64,000 nucleotides of DNA. Origin: Candidatus Staskawiczbacteria bacterium (GTDB lineage: Bacteria; Patescibacteriota; Minisyncoccia; Minisyncoccales; Staskawiczbacteraceae). The DNA lies in assembly GCA_026395175.1 (NCBI GenBank), contig JAPLZF010000010.1, forward strand, positions 4,450-68,449. Direction: 5' to 3'. Positions within the stretch are counted from its first letter, which is position 1; each line of letters starts with the position of its first letter. The notes under the pieces are model-generated. The model was not told the DNA's origin and ran no database searches. It saw only the letters and a program-made list of their open reading frames with translations. Below, piece after piece: positions 44,093 through 52,824 of this stretch. The position numbers and the translations under genes were made by a program.

Positions 44093-44602
44093 ATGAAAAA
44101 TTCAATTATAATTCCAAGCGAAAGGATTGTCAGCAAAATTTATATTATCCGCAATAGAAAAGTTATGCTGGATAAAGACCTATCCGAGCTTTACGGAGTT
44201 AAAACAAAAGATTTAAACGCATCAGTAAAGAGAAATAAAAAAAGATTCCCGGAAGATTTTATGTTTCAGCTCACAAAGGAGGAGTTCAAAATCTTGAGGT
44301 TGCAAATTTCAACCTCAAGTTGGGGAGGCACAAGGTATATGCCACTTGCTTTTACAGAGCAAGGAGTTGCAATGCTCGCCAGTGTTTTGAACAGCGACCG
44401 AGCAATAAATGTAAACATCCAGATTGTTAGAACCTTTGTAAAAATCCGCGAGTTTATGACAACTAATGAATTGTTGCAAAGAAAAATGATGGAATTAGAG
44501 AAAAAATATGGCAAATATAGTGAGCAGATAAAGAAAATATTTGGGATATTGAATTTATTGGCGCTAGACGAACCGAAAGAAGAAATCGGATTTAAAAAAT
44601 AG
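44093..44602 (+). CDS. ORF6N-domain (KilA-N-related) DNA-binding protein
   Basis: ATG at 44093 (MKNSIIIPSE); IRNRKVMLDKDLSELYGVKTKDLNASVKRNKKRFPEDFMFQLTKEE matches the ORF6N pattern. Confidence 0.8.
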   Translation: MKNSIIIPSERIVSKIYIIRNRKVMLDKDLSELYGVKTKDLNASVKRNKKRFPEDFMFQLTKEEFKILRLQISTSSWGGTRYMPLAFTEQGVAMLASVLNSDRAINVNIQIVRTFVKIREFMTTNELLQRKMMELEKKYGKYSEQIKKIFGILNLLALDEPKEEIGFKK

Positions 44603-44720
44603 TAAATTAAAAAATAATTAACAGCTAAGCAGAGCATACTAATTCATATTAATGGTACTGATTACTTATAGATAATCTGTATTAATAACATGCATTCGTA
44701 TATCTGCTTCGCAAAGATAT

Positions 44721-46853
44721 ATGACAAAAGATACGTTTGAGATAAAGGTGGGCTCAAAGTCCATCATAATTAAAACTACAAACTGGACAGACCAGGCATC
44801 TGGCTCTTGTTTGATTTCTCAGGGAGAAACAGAAGTTTTGGTAACAGCTGTTTTGTCGCCTCATTTAAGACCAGACTTAGATTATTTTCCTTTAACAGTT
44901 GAATACGAGGAAAGGTTTTACGCTGCAGGAAAAATTTTGGGCTCGCGCTTTATGAAAAGAGAATCAAGGCCCACAGAAGAAGCCACCTTGAATGCCAGAA
45001 TGATTGATAGGGCAATAAGGCCTTTGTTTCCCAAAGATTTTAAAAGGGAAGTGCAAATTATTGTTACTTGCCTTGCATGGGATGGAGAAAACGACCCAGA
45101 TGTTTTGGCTATGATTGGCGCGTCTTTTGCCTTGGCAACCTCAAATATTCCATGGAACGGGCCTTTGGGAGCAATAAGAGTAAGCAAAATAAATGGAGAA
45201 TTTGTTTTTAACCCAACTTACGAACAGAAAAAAGAATCTGCAATGGATTTGACTTTATCTGCCATAAATAAAAATGGAGAAGTTTTGGTTAATATGATTG
45301 AAATGGGTGCAAAAGAAGTTTCTGAAGATGATGTTTTGAAAGCAACAAAACTTGCCGAAGAAGAAATTAAAAAAATTATTGAAGTTCAGCTTTTGGCAGT
45401 CAAAAAAATTGGAAAAGAAAAAGATGAATTTAATCTGGCTGTTGGAATTAAAATTGAAAAAGAAATCAAAGAATGGATGCAAGACAAATTGGAAGATGCA
45501 ATAAATAATGCTCCAGCAGAAGAAAAAAATCTTGGAAAAATTGAATTGTTGCAAGAAGAACTTATAAAATATTTGGAAGAAAAAAATCTTGAAGGAAATA
45601 TAAAAGGACAAGTGCAAGCATTTTTTGAAAAAGAAGTTGAAAGAATAATTGTCAAAAATATTGTTGAAAAAGATAAAAGGCCAGACGGCAGAAAATCAAC
45701 AGAAATTAGAAATTTATCTTGCGAAGTTGCAGTTTTGCCAAGAGCTCACGGACGCGCGGTATTTTTTAGGGGATTGACAAGAGTGCTTTCAGTTTTGACT
45801 TTGGGCGGGCCGGGCGACCAGCAAATAATGGAAGGAATGGAAACCACAGGCAAAAAAAGGTTTATGCACCATTACAATTTTCCTCCATTTTCTTCAGGAG
45901 AGGCAGGCCCGATGAGAGGACCGAGAAGAAGGGAAATTGGGCACGGAGCTTTGGCGGAAAAAGCATTAATGCCGGTTTTGCCAGATGTTGAAAAATTTCC
46001 TTATACAATTAGAATTGTTTCTGAATGTGTTTCTTCAAATGGTTCAACTTCAATGGCTTCAACGTGCGCCGCCTGTATTGCTTTAATGGACGCAGGTGTG
46101 CCAATTAAAGAACCTGTTGCCGGAATTTCTGTGGGTTTGGCAAAAGATGAAGACACAGGAAAATATAAAGTGCTAACAGACATTCAGGGGCCTGAAGACC
46201 ATTATGGAGATATGGACTTTAAGGTTGCCGGCACAAAAAACGGAATTACTGCAATTCAGCTTGATGTAAAAATTGACGGCATTGATAAAAAGATTATGGA
46301 AGAGGCTTTGGCGCGCGCAAAAGATGCAAGATTTAAAATACTTGATATAATAAAGAAACAAATACCAGAACCAAGAAAAGAGCTGTCAAAATATGCTCCA
46401 AAAATATTTACGCTGAAAATTAATCCTTCAAAGATTGGGGAAGTTATTGGGCCTAAAGGAAAAATGATAAACCAAATAATTGAAGAGTGCGGAGTGACGG
46501 TTGACGTGGAAGATTCTGGAATGGTGTTTATTACCGGAATAGATGAAGCCGGAGTCAACAAAGCAGTTGAGTGGATAAAAGGGATTACCAGAGAGGTTGA
46601 AATTGGCGAAGTGTTTCAGGGAAAGGTTGTGAAAATTATGGATTTTGGAGCCTTTGTTGAAATTTTGCCTGGCATGGATGGCATGGTGCATATTTCAAAA
46701 TTTGTGCATGAGCACATAAAAAGCGTTTCGGAAGTTGTAAAAGAAGGCGACATAATTCCTGTCAAAGTAATGGCGGTTGACGAACTGGGCAGAATAAACT
46801 TGTCGGCAATTGACGCAGGATTTAAGCCCCGACCAAAAAATCCCAAACCATAA
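44721..46853 (+). CDS. pnp: Polyribonucleotide nucleotidyltransferase (PNPase)
   Basis: 710 aa; two RNase PH domains (DKRPDGRKSTEIRNL, HGRAVFFRG), KH (IGEVIGPKGKMINQIIEE), S1 (GEVFQGKVVKIMDFGAFVEILPGMDGMVHIS). Confidence 0.96.
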   Translation: MTKDTFEIKVGSKSIIIKTTNWTDQASGSCLISQGETEVLVTAVLSPHLRPDLDYFPLTVEYEERFYAAGKILGSRFMKRESRPTEEATLNARMIDRAIRPLFPKDFKREVQIIVTCLAWDGENDPDVLAMIGASFALATSNIPWNGPLGAIRVSKINGEFVFNPTYEQKKESAMDLTLSAINKNGEVLVNMIEMGAKEVSEDDVLKATKLAEEEIKKIIEVQLLAVKKIGKEKDEFNLAVGIKIEKEIKEWMQDKLEDAINNAPAEEKNLGKIELLQEELIKYLEEKNLEGNIKGQVQAFFEKEVERIIVKNIVEKDKRPDGRKSTEIRNLSCEVAVLPRAHGRAVFFRGLTRVLSVLTLGGPGDQQIMEGMETTGKKRFMHHYNFPPFSSGEAGPMRGPRRREIGHGALAEKALMPVLPDVEKFPYTIRIVSECVSSNGSTSMASTCAACIALMDAGVPIKEPVAGISVGLAKDEDTGKYKVLTDIQGPEDHYGDMDFKVAGTKNGITAIQLDVKIDGIDKKIMEEALARAKDARFKILDIIKKQIPEPRKELSKYAPKIFTLKINPSKIGEVIGPKGKMINQIIEECGVTVDVEDSGMVFITGIDEAGVNKAVEWIKGITREVEIGEVFQGKVVKIMDFGAFVEILPGMDGMVHISKFVHEHIKSVSEVVKEGDIIPVKVMAVDELGRINLSAIDAGFKPRPKNPKP

Positions 46854-46871
46854 ATAATTAAAAGTTAAAAT

Positions 46872-47123
46872 ATGTTGACACCAAAAAAAGCAGAAAAAAT
46901 TCAAGACGCTATTTTGTATGAAATGGCTCCAGAAGAAAAGCTTAGATTATCTTTTAGAATCAATGGCAAAATTATTAAAATTGCGCGAGATAAAATGAAG
47001 TTGAAATATCCTAAACTGGATATCCCATCCTTTTCTAAAAAACTTTACGAACATTTTGATAGAAAAGAGGAATTTTATGATAATCTGTTTAATAAATTTA
47101 TGGCAGAGGAATTAAAAATATAA
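46872..47123 (+). CDS. Hypothetical small protein
   Basis: 83-aa ORF 18 nt after pnp. Confidence 0.45.
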   Translation: MLTPKKAEKIQDAILYEMAPEEKLRLSFRINGKIIKIARDKMKLKYPKLDIPSFSKKLYEHFDRKEEFYDNLFNKFMAEELKI

Positions 47124-47187
47124 AAATAATTAAAATTAATAATATACTCTAAAATTCACAGCTGTGAAAATATGAGTATGAAATATT

Positions 47188-47919
47188 ATGCAGAATAAAT
47201 ATTTAAAATTTTTATTAATTGCGTTAATTGTTGCCATAGTTGTTCCTCAGATAACTTTGGCTGCCTGGTGGAATCCTATGTCGTGGGGAATATGGAACAG
47301 AATTTTCCATTTCCAACAACAAGAACAAAAACAGGAAAAACTAATCGGCGGAGATAAAGATGCACACGGGTGTTTGATTGCAGCCGGCTATACTTGGTGC
47401 GAAGTAAAAAACAAATGTTTACGAACCTTCGAAGAAAAATGCGAAGCTGACCAAACCGCTGGCTGGAAAACATATACAAATACAGAATACAGGTTTTCGA
47501 TAAAATATCCTATAAATTGGGTTATATACAAAGAAAATTCAGAGATTGGGGAGCATAGTGTTTTCTTGGGTCCTGAAGCTAATTATGTACAAAATATAAG
47601 AACTGAAGAATCTGGTTGTTCTGTTATACTGGCTGTTTTTAATAACAGTGAAAAACTTTCTCTTTCTGATTGGCTGGCTAAAAATGATATGTGGAATCAA
47701 AAACCAGTAAAAGGAATAACCAATATAAAAATCAACGGTGCTGAAGGAATAAAATATGAAGGGACCGATTATGGTATGGGTGGTGTGACTCCTATCGGTT
47801 TTGATTCACATGTTTTATTCTCTAAAAATGACAAAATAATAGATATTTTAACTCTTGATAAATGTGCGGATAAAACTAACACAAATAAAATTAATTCTAC
47901 TTTTAAATTTACTAAATAA
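47188..47919 (+). CDS. Secreted protein, unknown function
   Basis: 243 aa; signal anchor FLLIALIVAIVVPQITLAA; small 4-Cys module HGCLIAAGYTWCEVKNKCLRTFEEKC. Confidence 0.6.
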   Translation: MQNKYLKFLLIALIVAIVVPQITLAAWWNPMSWGIWNRIFHFQQQEQKQEKLIGGDKDAHGCLIAAGYTWCEVKNKCLRTFEEKCEADQTAGWKTYTNTEYRFSIKYPINWVIYKENSEIGEHSVFLGPEANYVQNIRTEESGCSVILAVFNNSEKLSLSDWLAKNDMWNQKPVKGITNIKINGAEGIKYEGTDYGMGGVTPIGFDSHVLFSKNDKIIDILTLDKCADKTNTNKINSTFKFTK

Positions 47920-47925
47920 AAAACT

Positions 47926-48885
47926 ATGGTGACTGTTGACGAAGAAACACAAGCTAGAGAATTTTTGAAACGGGCTGAAATTAGGACAATGAAAAAGGAC
48001 TTAGGCGCCTTGAGAGAGGGCGATGCGTTGAAAGAAAGGGATAAAATTGCCAAAATAAGAACATTGGACGAGCAATTGGAAGAAAAAAGAAAAGCTGAAG
48101 CTGGGGCGACTCTTATTGTGCCAAGCAAAGAAAAAATTGAAAGAGGAAAAGTGCTGACAAGAAATGAAGGCCAGGAAAGAATTGCTGAAAAAGATTTGAA
48201 AAATTATGCAAACGAGCAGGAACGCCAGCAGATATTTTTGCTTGAATCGCAAAGGCTTGGTTTTGAAAAACAAATCGACGCAATTGACAAGGAAAAAGAC
48301 CCTGCTTTGAAGTTGGAAAAAAATAAGCTGTTACTGCAGAAGCGCGACTGGCAGGAAAGATTGAATTCCATATTGGCAGAAGAAAAAAAATTGGAAGGCG
48401 AGCAAAAATTTACCGCGGAAAAACAGCAGTCAACTACAATACCTTCGCAGAGAGAAGCGCTAGAAAAATCAAGGTGGGATTTAGACAAAAAAATACAGGA
48501 AGTGGAAAAAAAGAGATGGGAAGCGGAAAAACAAATTCAAGATTTAGACAGCCGGACCGGCCAGATAGACAAGTCTTCTGACCAACTCATCACAGAAAAA
48601 AATGGGCTTCGAAACAAAGTTTTGGGAGCTGACAAATCATTGAGGGAAATTTATTCTGCTGTGATGGCTCGCGAAGAAGAAAAAAGAAGAGGTCAGGCGC
48701 AAGAACAAATAGCCAGAAAAGAAACTCTGTCAAAAGCAAGGGCGGAAGAAAACGAAAGAGTGCAGAGAGAACAGCGGGGAGGATTGGTTGTGCCCAGGAA
48801 AATAGAAAAACTGGCAAAATCATTTGAAGCGGAAAATGAAGCGCGAAAAAAATTTATTGAAGATGTTAAAGAAGGAACAAAATAA
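47926..48885 (+). CDS. Glu/Lys/Arg-rich coiled-coil protein
   Basis: 319-aa ORF, almost entirely heptad-like charged sequence. Confidence 0.6.
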   Translation: MVTVDEETQAREFLKRAEIRTMKKDLGALREGDALKERDKIAKIRTLDEQLEEKRKAEAGATLIVPSKEKIERGKVLTRNEGQERIAEKDLKNYANEQERQQIFLLESQRLGFEKQIDAIDKEKDPALKLEKNKLLLQKRDWQERLNSILAEEKKLEGEQKFTAEKQQSTTIPSQREALEKSRWDLDKKIQEVEKKRWEAEKQIQDLDSRTGQIDKSSDQLITEKNGLRNKVLGADKSLREIYSAVMAREEEKRRGQAQEQIARKETLSKARAEENERVQREQRGGLVVPRKIEKLAKSFEAENEARKKFIEDVKEGTK

Positions 48886-48901
48886 TAATTAAATAAAAAC
48901 A

Positions 48902-49261
48902 ATGGACAAAAAAATAATTGACGAATTGAAAAAAAAGTTGGAAGCAAATAAAAATTCCATACAGAAAGAATTGGAAAGTTTTGCCACAGAAGACCCAAAA
49001 ATAAAACACAATTGGGATACAAAATATCCAAATAGGGAAGACGGCGACAAGGACGACCAAGCCGATGAAGTGCAGGAATATGACAACAAGCTTTCTGTGG
49101 AATACAGCCTGGAATTGAAATTAAAAGACGTGAATGAAGCTTTAGAAAAAATAACTGAAGGAAAATACGGAATCTGCGAAAACTGCGGGAAAGAAATTGG
49201 CGAAGAAAGATTGCAAGCCTGCCCGGAAGCCAAAACCTGCCTAAAGTGCAACGAAAAATAA
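48902..49261 (+). CDS. DksA/TraR-family C4 zinc-finger protein
   Basis: 119 aa; coiled-coil N-terminus and CENCGKEIGEERLQACPEAKTCLKC. Confidence 0.85.
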   Translation: MDKKIIDELKKKLEANKNSIQKELESFATEDPKIKHNWDTKYPNREDGDKDDQADEVQEYDNKLSVEYSLELKLKDVNEALEKITEGKYGICENCGKEIGEERLQACPEAKTCLKCNEK

Positions 49262-49271
49262 AACAACAAAA

Positions 49272-49305
49272 AATCGTCCTTCGATAAGCTCAGGGCGATT
49301 TTTTA
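49272..49305 (+). terminator. Rho-independent terminator of the conserved-loop family
   Basis: AATCGTCC-TTCGATAAGCTCA-GGGCGATT followed by TTTTT. Confidence 0.8.
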
Positions 49306-50406
49306 TTTGTAGCTTATGTTTGAGCCGACTCTGTATGAGGACAAAGGATTTCTTGCTCCCACAACCTGGAAGTGCACATGGCATCCGGTTGCCTTTCCTG
49401 TCCTGCCCATAAGCCCTATTCTGTCGCCGACATTAACCCTGTCTCCGGGCTTTACAAAAACATTTTCTAAATGGCCGTAATAGGTGACTGTACCGTTTGA
49501 GTGCAAAATTGTAACATAATTTCCCATGCCCAAATTCCAAGAATTGTTGAATACAGCCCTTTCAACTATGCCGGAAGCCGCCGCATAAACCGGAGTTCCG
49601 CATTTGTTGGCAACATCAATTGCATTGAGATAATGGAGTCCCTGCGTAATGAGTCCTTGAGTTGGGAAAATAAAGAAATTGTCAGCCAAAGGAGCCTGCT
49701 TGTTTATTATTGGACTGGCTTTTTTAGGCATCACTCCGCCAGGAATAATTAAAATGTCTCCAATGTAAATGTCGTCCTGATTTGCCAAATCGTTAAAAGA
49801 AATTATGTCGTCTGCTTTTGCTTTGTATTTTAAAGCAATCGCCGACATTGTATCTCCTGATTTCACAACGTGCAAAACTCCGTCCACCGGCAAAATTGCC
49901 AAGCTTTGTCCGGTTTTAATTGCCGAAGAACTTGTCAGCTCATTTGCCCAAAGCAAAGTATTAACAGAAATTTTATATGCATTGGCTATGGATTGCAAAG
50001 TGTCGCCGGGCTGGACAGTGTAATCAACCACATCTTTTTTATTTTGATTGTTTCCTCCAAACACATCTCCCAAAACTTTCCCCGACACAACGCACGGAGC
50101 CGCCACTGCGCAAAGAGTGTTATCTTGCATTATTTTCAAATCAGGAGTTTCCAAAGGAATTGAGTTTGCCTGGCTGGAAAATAAAGTATTGGCGCTGGCG
50201 CTGTTGGTTTCATTAAAAAAAGGATTAAAAAACACAATATGGCTGTTGATTAAGTTGCCCGCATTTGCCGAACTGTCGCAGGACGCATATATTGCTGAAA
50301 ACAAGACAACGGAAACCAACCCAAAGTAAAAAAGGGGATTTTTGAATAATCCCTCAAAATTAGCACCTTTTATCTTTATTAAGAATTTGCTAAATATTTT
50401 TAACAA
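49303..50406 (-). CDS. LysM-domain M23 metallopeptidase (peptidoglycan hydrolase)
   Basis: 367 aa (non-ATG TTG start per the track; exact start uncertain); two LysM domains (YTVQPGDTLQSIANAY.., HVVKSGDTMSAIALKY..); M23 motifs HSNGTVTYYGHL and GRTGKATGCHVHFQV. Confidence 0.88.
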   Translation of the reverse strand: MLKIFSKFLIKIKGANFEGLFKNPLFYFGLVSVVLFSAIYASCDSSANAGNLINSHIVFFNPFFNETNSASANTLFSSQANSIPLETPDLKIMQDNTLCAVAAPCVVSGKVLGDVFGGNNQNKKDVVDYTVQPGDTLQSIANAYKISVNTLLWANELTSSSAIKTGQSLAILPVDGVLHVVKSGDTMSAIALKYKAKADDIISFNDLANQDDIYIGDILIIPGGVMPKKASPIINKQAPLADNFFIFPTQGLITQGLHYLNAIDVANKCGTPVYAAASGIVERAVFNNSWNLGMGNYVTILHSNGTVTYYGHLENVFVKPGDRVNVGDRIGLMGRTGKATGCHVHFQVVGARNPLSSYRVGSNISYK

Positions 50407-50483
50407 CTTACTTAAAATTTACCATTTTTCAGGCCTTCGGTCAAGAAGTTATACACAGCAAAAAAATATGCTATTATAATGAA

Positions 50484-51329
50484 ATGGATTTGACTTCTCC
50501 AAAAATAATAAAAGAACTTCTTTCAAAATATAATGCCAGGCCTTCAAAAGGATTGGGACAGAATTTTTTGATAGACAAGAATGTTTTAAACAAAATTATT
50601 GAAGCTTCAGACATAAAACCAAGCGATGTTATTTTGGAAGTGGGCCCGGGCATTGGAACTTTAACGCAGGAACTGGCAAAAAAGGCCAAAAAAGTTATTG
50701 CAATAGAAAAAGACAAAGTAATGATTGAAATTTTGAAAGAAACCTTGAAAGATTCCAAAAATATTGAAATCATCCAAGGAGATATTTTAAAAAATAAATT
50801 ATCTCTGCCAAAAAAATATAAGATAGTTGCAAATATCCCGTATTATTTGACTTCACCTTTAATCAGAAAATTTCTGGAAAGCGAAAACCAGCCAGAAGAA
50901 ATGGTTTTGATGCTTCAAAAAGAAGTTGCCCAAAGAATTTGTTCAAAGCCTCCGCGAATGAGTTTGCTGGCAGTGTCTGTGCAGTTTTATGCCGATGCAA
51001 AAATTGTTTCTTATGTCTCAAAAAACTGCTTTTGGCCTGCTCCAAAAATTGATTCGGCAATAATAAAAATTCACCCAGTTAAATCGCCCGAAGGGCGAAT
51101 TTTGGCAAAGCCAAAATTATTTAACGGGGTAAACTCCCAACTTTTTTTCAAAGTTGTAAAAGCCGGATTTTCCCAACCCAGAAAACAATTAGCCGGCAAT
51201 TTATCAAAAATGTTAAAGTTAAGCAGAGAAAAAACAAACAGCTGGCTTTTGAAAAACAATATTGCCCCAACCCAGCGGGCTGAAACATTAAGCGTTGAAG
51301 ACTGGAAAAATTTGGCAAATAGTTTATAA
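50484..51329 (+). CDS. rsmA: 16S rRNA (adenine1518/1519-N6)-dimethyltransferase
   Basis: 281 aa; GQNFLID, EVGPGIGTLT, NIPYYLTSP; a TATTAT -10-like hexamer ends 6 nt before the ATG, so the transcript may be leaderless. Confidence 0.93.
   Translation: MDLTSPKIIKELLSKYNARPSKGLGQNFLIDKNVLNKIIEASDIKPSDVILEVGPGIGTLTQELAKKAKKVIAIEKDKVMIEILKETLKDSKNIEIIQGDILKNKLSLPKKYKIVANIPYYLTSPLIRKFLESENQPEEMVLMLQKEVAQRICSKPPRMSLLAVSVQFYADAKIVSYVSKNCFWPAPKIDSAIIKIHPVKSPEGRILAKPKLFNGVNSQLFFKVVKAGFSQPRKQLAGNLSKMLKLSREKTNSWLLKNNIAPTQRAETLSVEDWKNLANSL
51265..51305 (+). repeat. 41-bp direct repeat, copy 1 (functional rsmA 3' end)
   Basis: CCCCAACCCAGCGGGCTGAAACATTAAGCGTTGAAGACTGG; 39/41 identical to 52168-52208. Confidence 0.95.
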
Positions 51330-51336
51330 TTACCTT

Positions 51337-51747
51337 ATGGAGTTAGAAAAACAACAAAAAATAAATTTAAAAGAAATTGCAAAAAGATATCATCTAAAGA
51401 TGGTCTTACTTTTTGGTTCACAAGCAACAGGTAAAACACATAAGGAAAGCGATTTTGACATTGCTTATTTGCCGGAGAAAAATTTAAGTTATGATGATGA
51501 AATTAATATAAATCTTCAATTTGCAAATATTTTCAGAAACGACAGAGTTGATACGGTGGATATAAATAAATCTAATCCATTGTTGCTTTTTCAAGTAAGT
51601 AAAAATTCAATTTTGCTCTATGGAAACAGGCAAGATTTTTTAAAATTCAAATTATACGCATTCAATGCATATAACGACTACGCTCCTTATTTTAAAATGG
51701 AAAATAATTTGAATAAAAAAATAATCAACGCTTATGCCAATCGATAA
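51337..51747 (+). CDS. Nucleotidyltransferase (MNT-type antitoxin)
   Basis: ATG at 51337 (MELEKQQK), 8 nt after the rsmA stop; LFGSQATGKTHKESDFDIAY (GSxxxGx5-6SDxD). Confidence 0.85.
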   Translation: MELEKQQKINLKEIAKRYHLKMVLLFGSQATGKTHKESDFDIAYLPEKNLSYDDEININLQFANIFRNDRVDTVDINKSNPLLLFQVSKNSILLYGNRQDFLKFKLYAFNAYNDYAPYFKMENNLNKKIINAYANR

Positions 51748-52156
51748 AAAAATTATCAGCCGAAAAATAACTTTGATAAATAACGACTTAAAAAGCTTAA
51801 AAGCATTAAGCAAGCTTTCTCTTAAAACTTATTTGAGCAAATCAGAATACGAAGCGCTGGCGGAAAGATATTTAGAAAGGATAATCGGCAGGATGATTGA
51901 TATTAATTATCATATTTTATCGGAAAAAGAAAATGAAATTCCAACAGATTTCTACAATTCTTTTATTGAATTGGGCAGAAAAAAGTATCTGCCATTTAAG
52001 TTGGCGGAAATAATGGCTAACTCCGCCGGACTGCGGAACAGATTAGCGCACGAATATGACGAAATCGACGCTAAAAAAATTTTTGAAGCAATAGCATCTT
52101 GTTTGAAAAACACGCCAAAATATTTAAAAAACATCGTTAAGTCGCTTAATTTATAA
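51734..52156 (+). CDS. HEPN (DUF86) toxin
   Basis: 140 aa; 14-nt overlap with the MNT gene; R-x4-H motif in GLRNRLAHEYDEID. Confidence 0.85.
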   Translation: MPIDKKIISRKITLINNDLKSLKALSKLSLKTYLSKSEYEALAERYLERIIGRMIDINYHILSEKENEIPTDFYNSFIELGRKKYLPFKLAEIMANSAGLRNRLAHEYDEIDAKKIFEAIASCLKNTPKYLKNIVKSLNL

Positions 52157-52167
52157 AAATAACATCT

Positions 52168-52208
52168 CCCCAACCCAGCGTGCCGAAACATTAAGCGTTG
52201 AAGACTGG
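52168..52208 (+). repeat. 41-bp direct repeat, copy 2 (orphan rsmA 3' end remnant)
   Basis: CCCCAACCCAGCGTGCCGAAACATTAAGCGTTGAAGACTGG. In the rsmA frame it continues to SPTQRAETLSVEDWLKLNKNFK-stop; both mismatches are synonymous third positions. Confidence 0.95.
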
Positions 52209-52233
52209 CTGAAATTAAATAAAAATTTCAAAT

Positions 52234-52273
52234 AAAAAGGAGGTCTCCCAACGAACTAGCGTCGGGAAACCTC
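52234..52273 (-). terminator. Terminator of GC-rich cassette B
   Basis: rc GAGGTTTCCCGACG-CTAGTT-CGTTGGGAGACCTC (two G-U pairs) followed by C-TTTTT. Confidence 0.75.
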
Positions 52274-52302
52274 ATAAATCGTGCCTTTCGGCATTCCATG
52301 CC

Positions 52303-52641
52303 TTACCTCCCTGTCGCAATGTGACGAGCCCACTCACGCTTCTTCGCCGGATCAGTCGGTGGGTTGTTCACGGTGTGCGCCCATGCAATACGAGCGTCTA
52401 TGTCGCTCTTGGCGCTTTGGGCAGGTGTCTCTTTCGGGGTTTCCAGCACTTCTTGTTGCTGAGAATCCGCAACAATTACCCCGTTCTGGTGGGTCAACGC
52501 TGGGACCACGAACACCACCAGAATTCCTACTGCAACCACAATCAAAGCTGTGACAGCTATTGCGGTTACCATTTGAATCCCAGTGTAATTCGTGGCGGAC
52601 CTTACTTTGTGTCCTTGGATAAAATCGGCGTGCGTAGTCAT
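52303..52641 (-). CDS. Small bitopic membrane protein (GC-rich cassette B, 112 aa)
   Basis: ATG at 52641 (MTTHADFIQGHKVRSATNYTGIQMVTAIAVTALIVVAVGILVVFVV) with GTGAGG 8 nt upstream; the longer track start lies upstream of the predicted promoter. Linker QQEVLETPKETPAQSAK; 57% GC on line 52381-52440. Confidence 0.6.
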   Translation of the reverse strand: MTTHADFIQGHKVRSATNYTGIQMVTAIAVTALIVVAVGILVVFVVPALTHQNGVIVADSQQQEVLETPKETPAQSAKSDIDARIAWAHTVNNPPTDPAKKREWARHIATGR

Positions 52642-52708
52642 CGTTAGTACCTCACAATCCCTATTCAGTTGACAATGGTCAGATGAAACATCATTGACCT
52701 CTAATTTT

Positions 52709-52737
52709 AGATTAAGCAATATCAAAGAGATTGTCAA
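52709..52737 (-). promoter_or_regulatory. Promoter of cassette B
   Basis: rc AAAAGTC-TTGACA-17 nt-TAATCT; shares the 12-mer AAAGTCTTGACA with the cassette C promoter. Confidence 0.5.
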
Positions 52738-52773
52738 GACTTTTAACCGAGAGGTGTGAATAATTTTTTTCAC

Positions 52774-52798
52774 TTGCTTTCTTTCTTTGTGGTATAAT
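52774..52798 (+). promoter_or_regulatory. Promoter of the first T4SS-like operon (divergent from cassette B)
   Basis: TTGCTT-13 nt-TATAAT with an extended TGTGG-TATAAT; 26 nt before the ATG at 52825. Confidence 0.5.
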
Positions 52799-52824
52799 AG
52801 AATAATTTATATATCAAAAATATA

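Noticed and set aside
44627-44712. Long-range pairing AGCAGAGCATAC / GTATATCTGCT in the pnp leader, considered as an RNase III-type autoregulatory hairpin.
   Set aside because: The stem is interrupted (6 + 4 bp with an internal loop) and encloses about 55 nt of AT-rich sequence. That is too weak to call without covariation or folding energy calculations.
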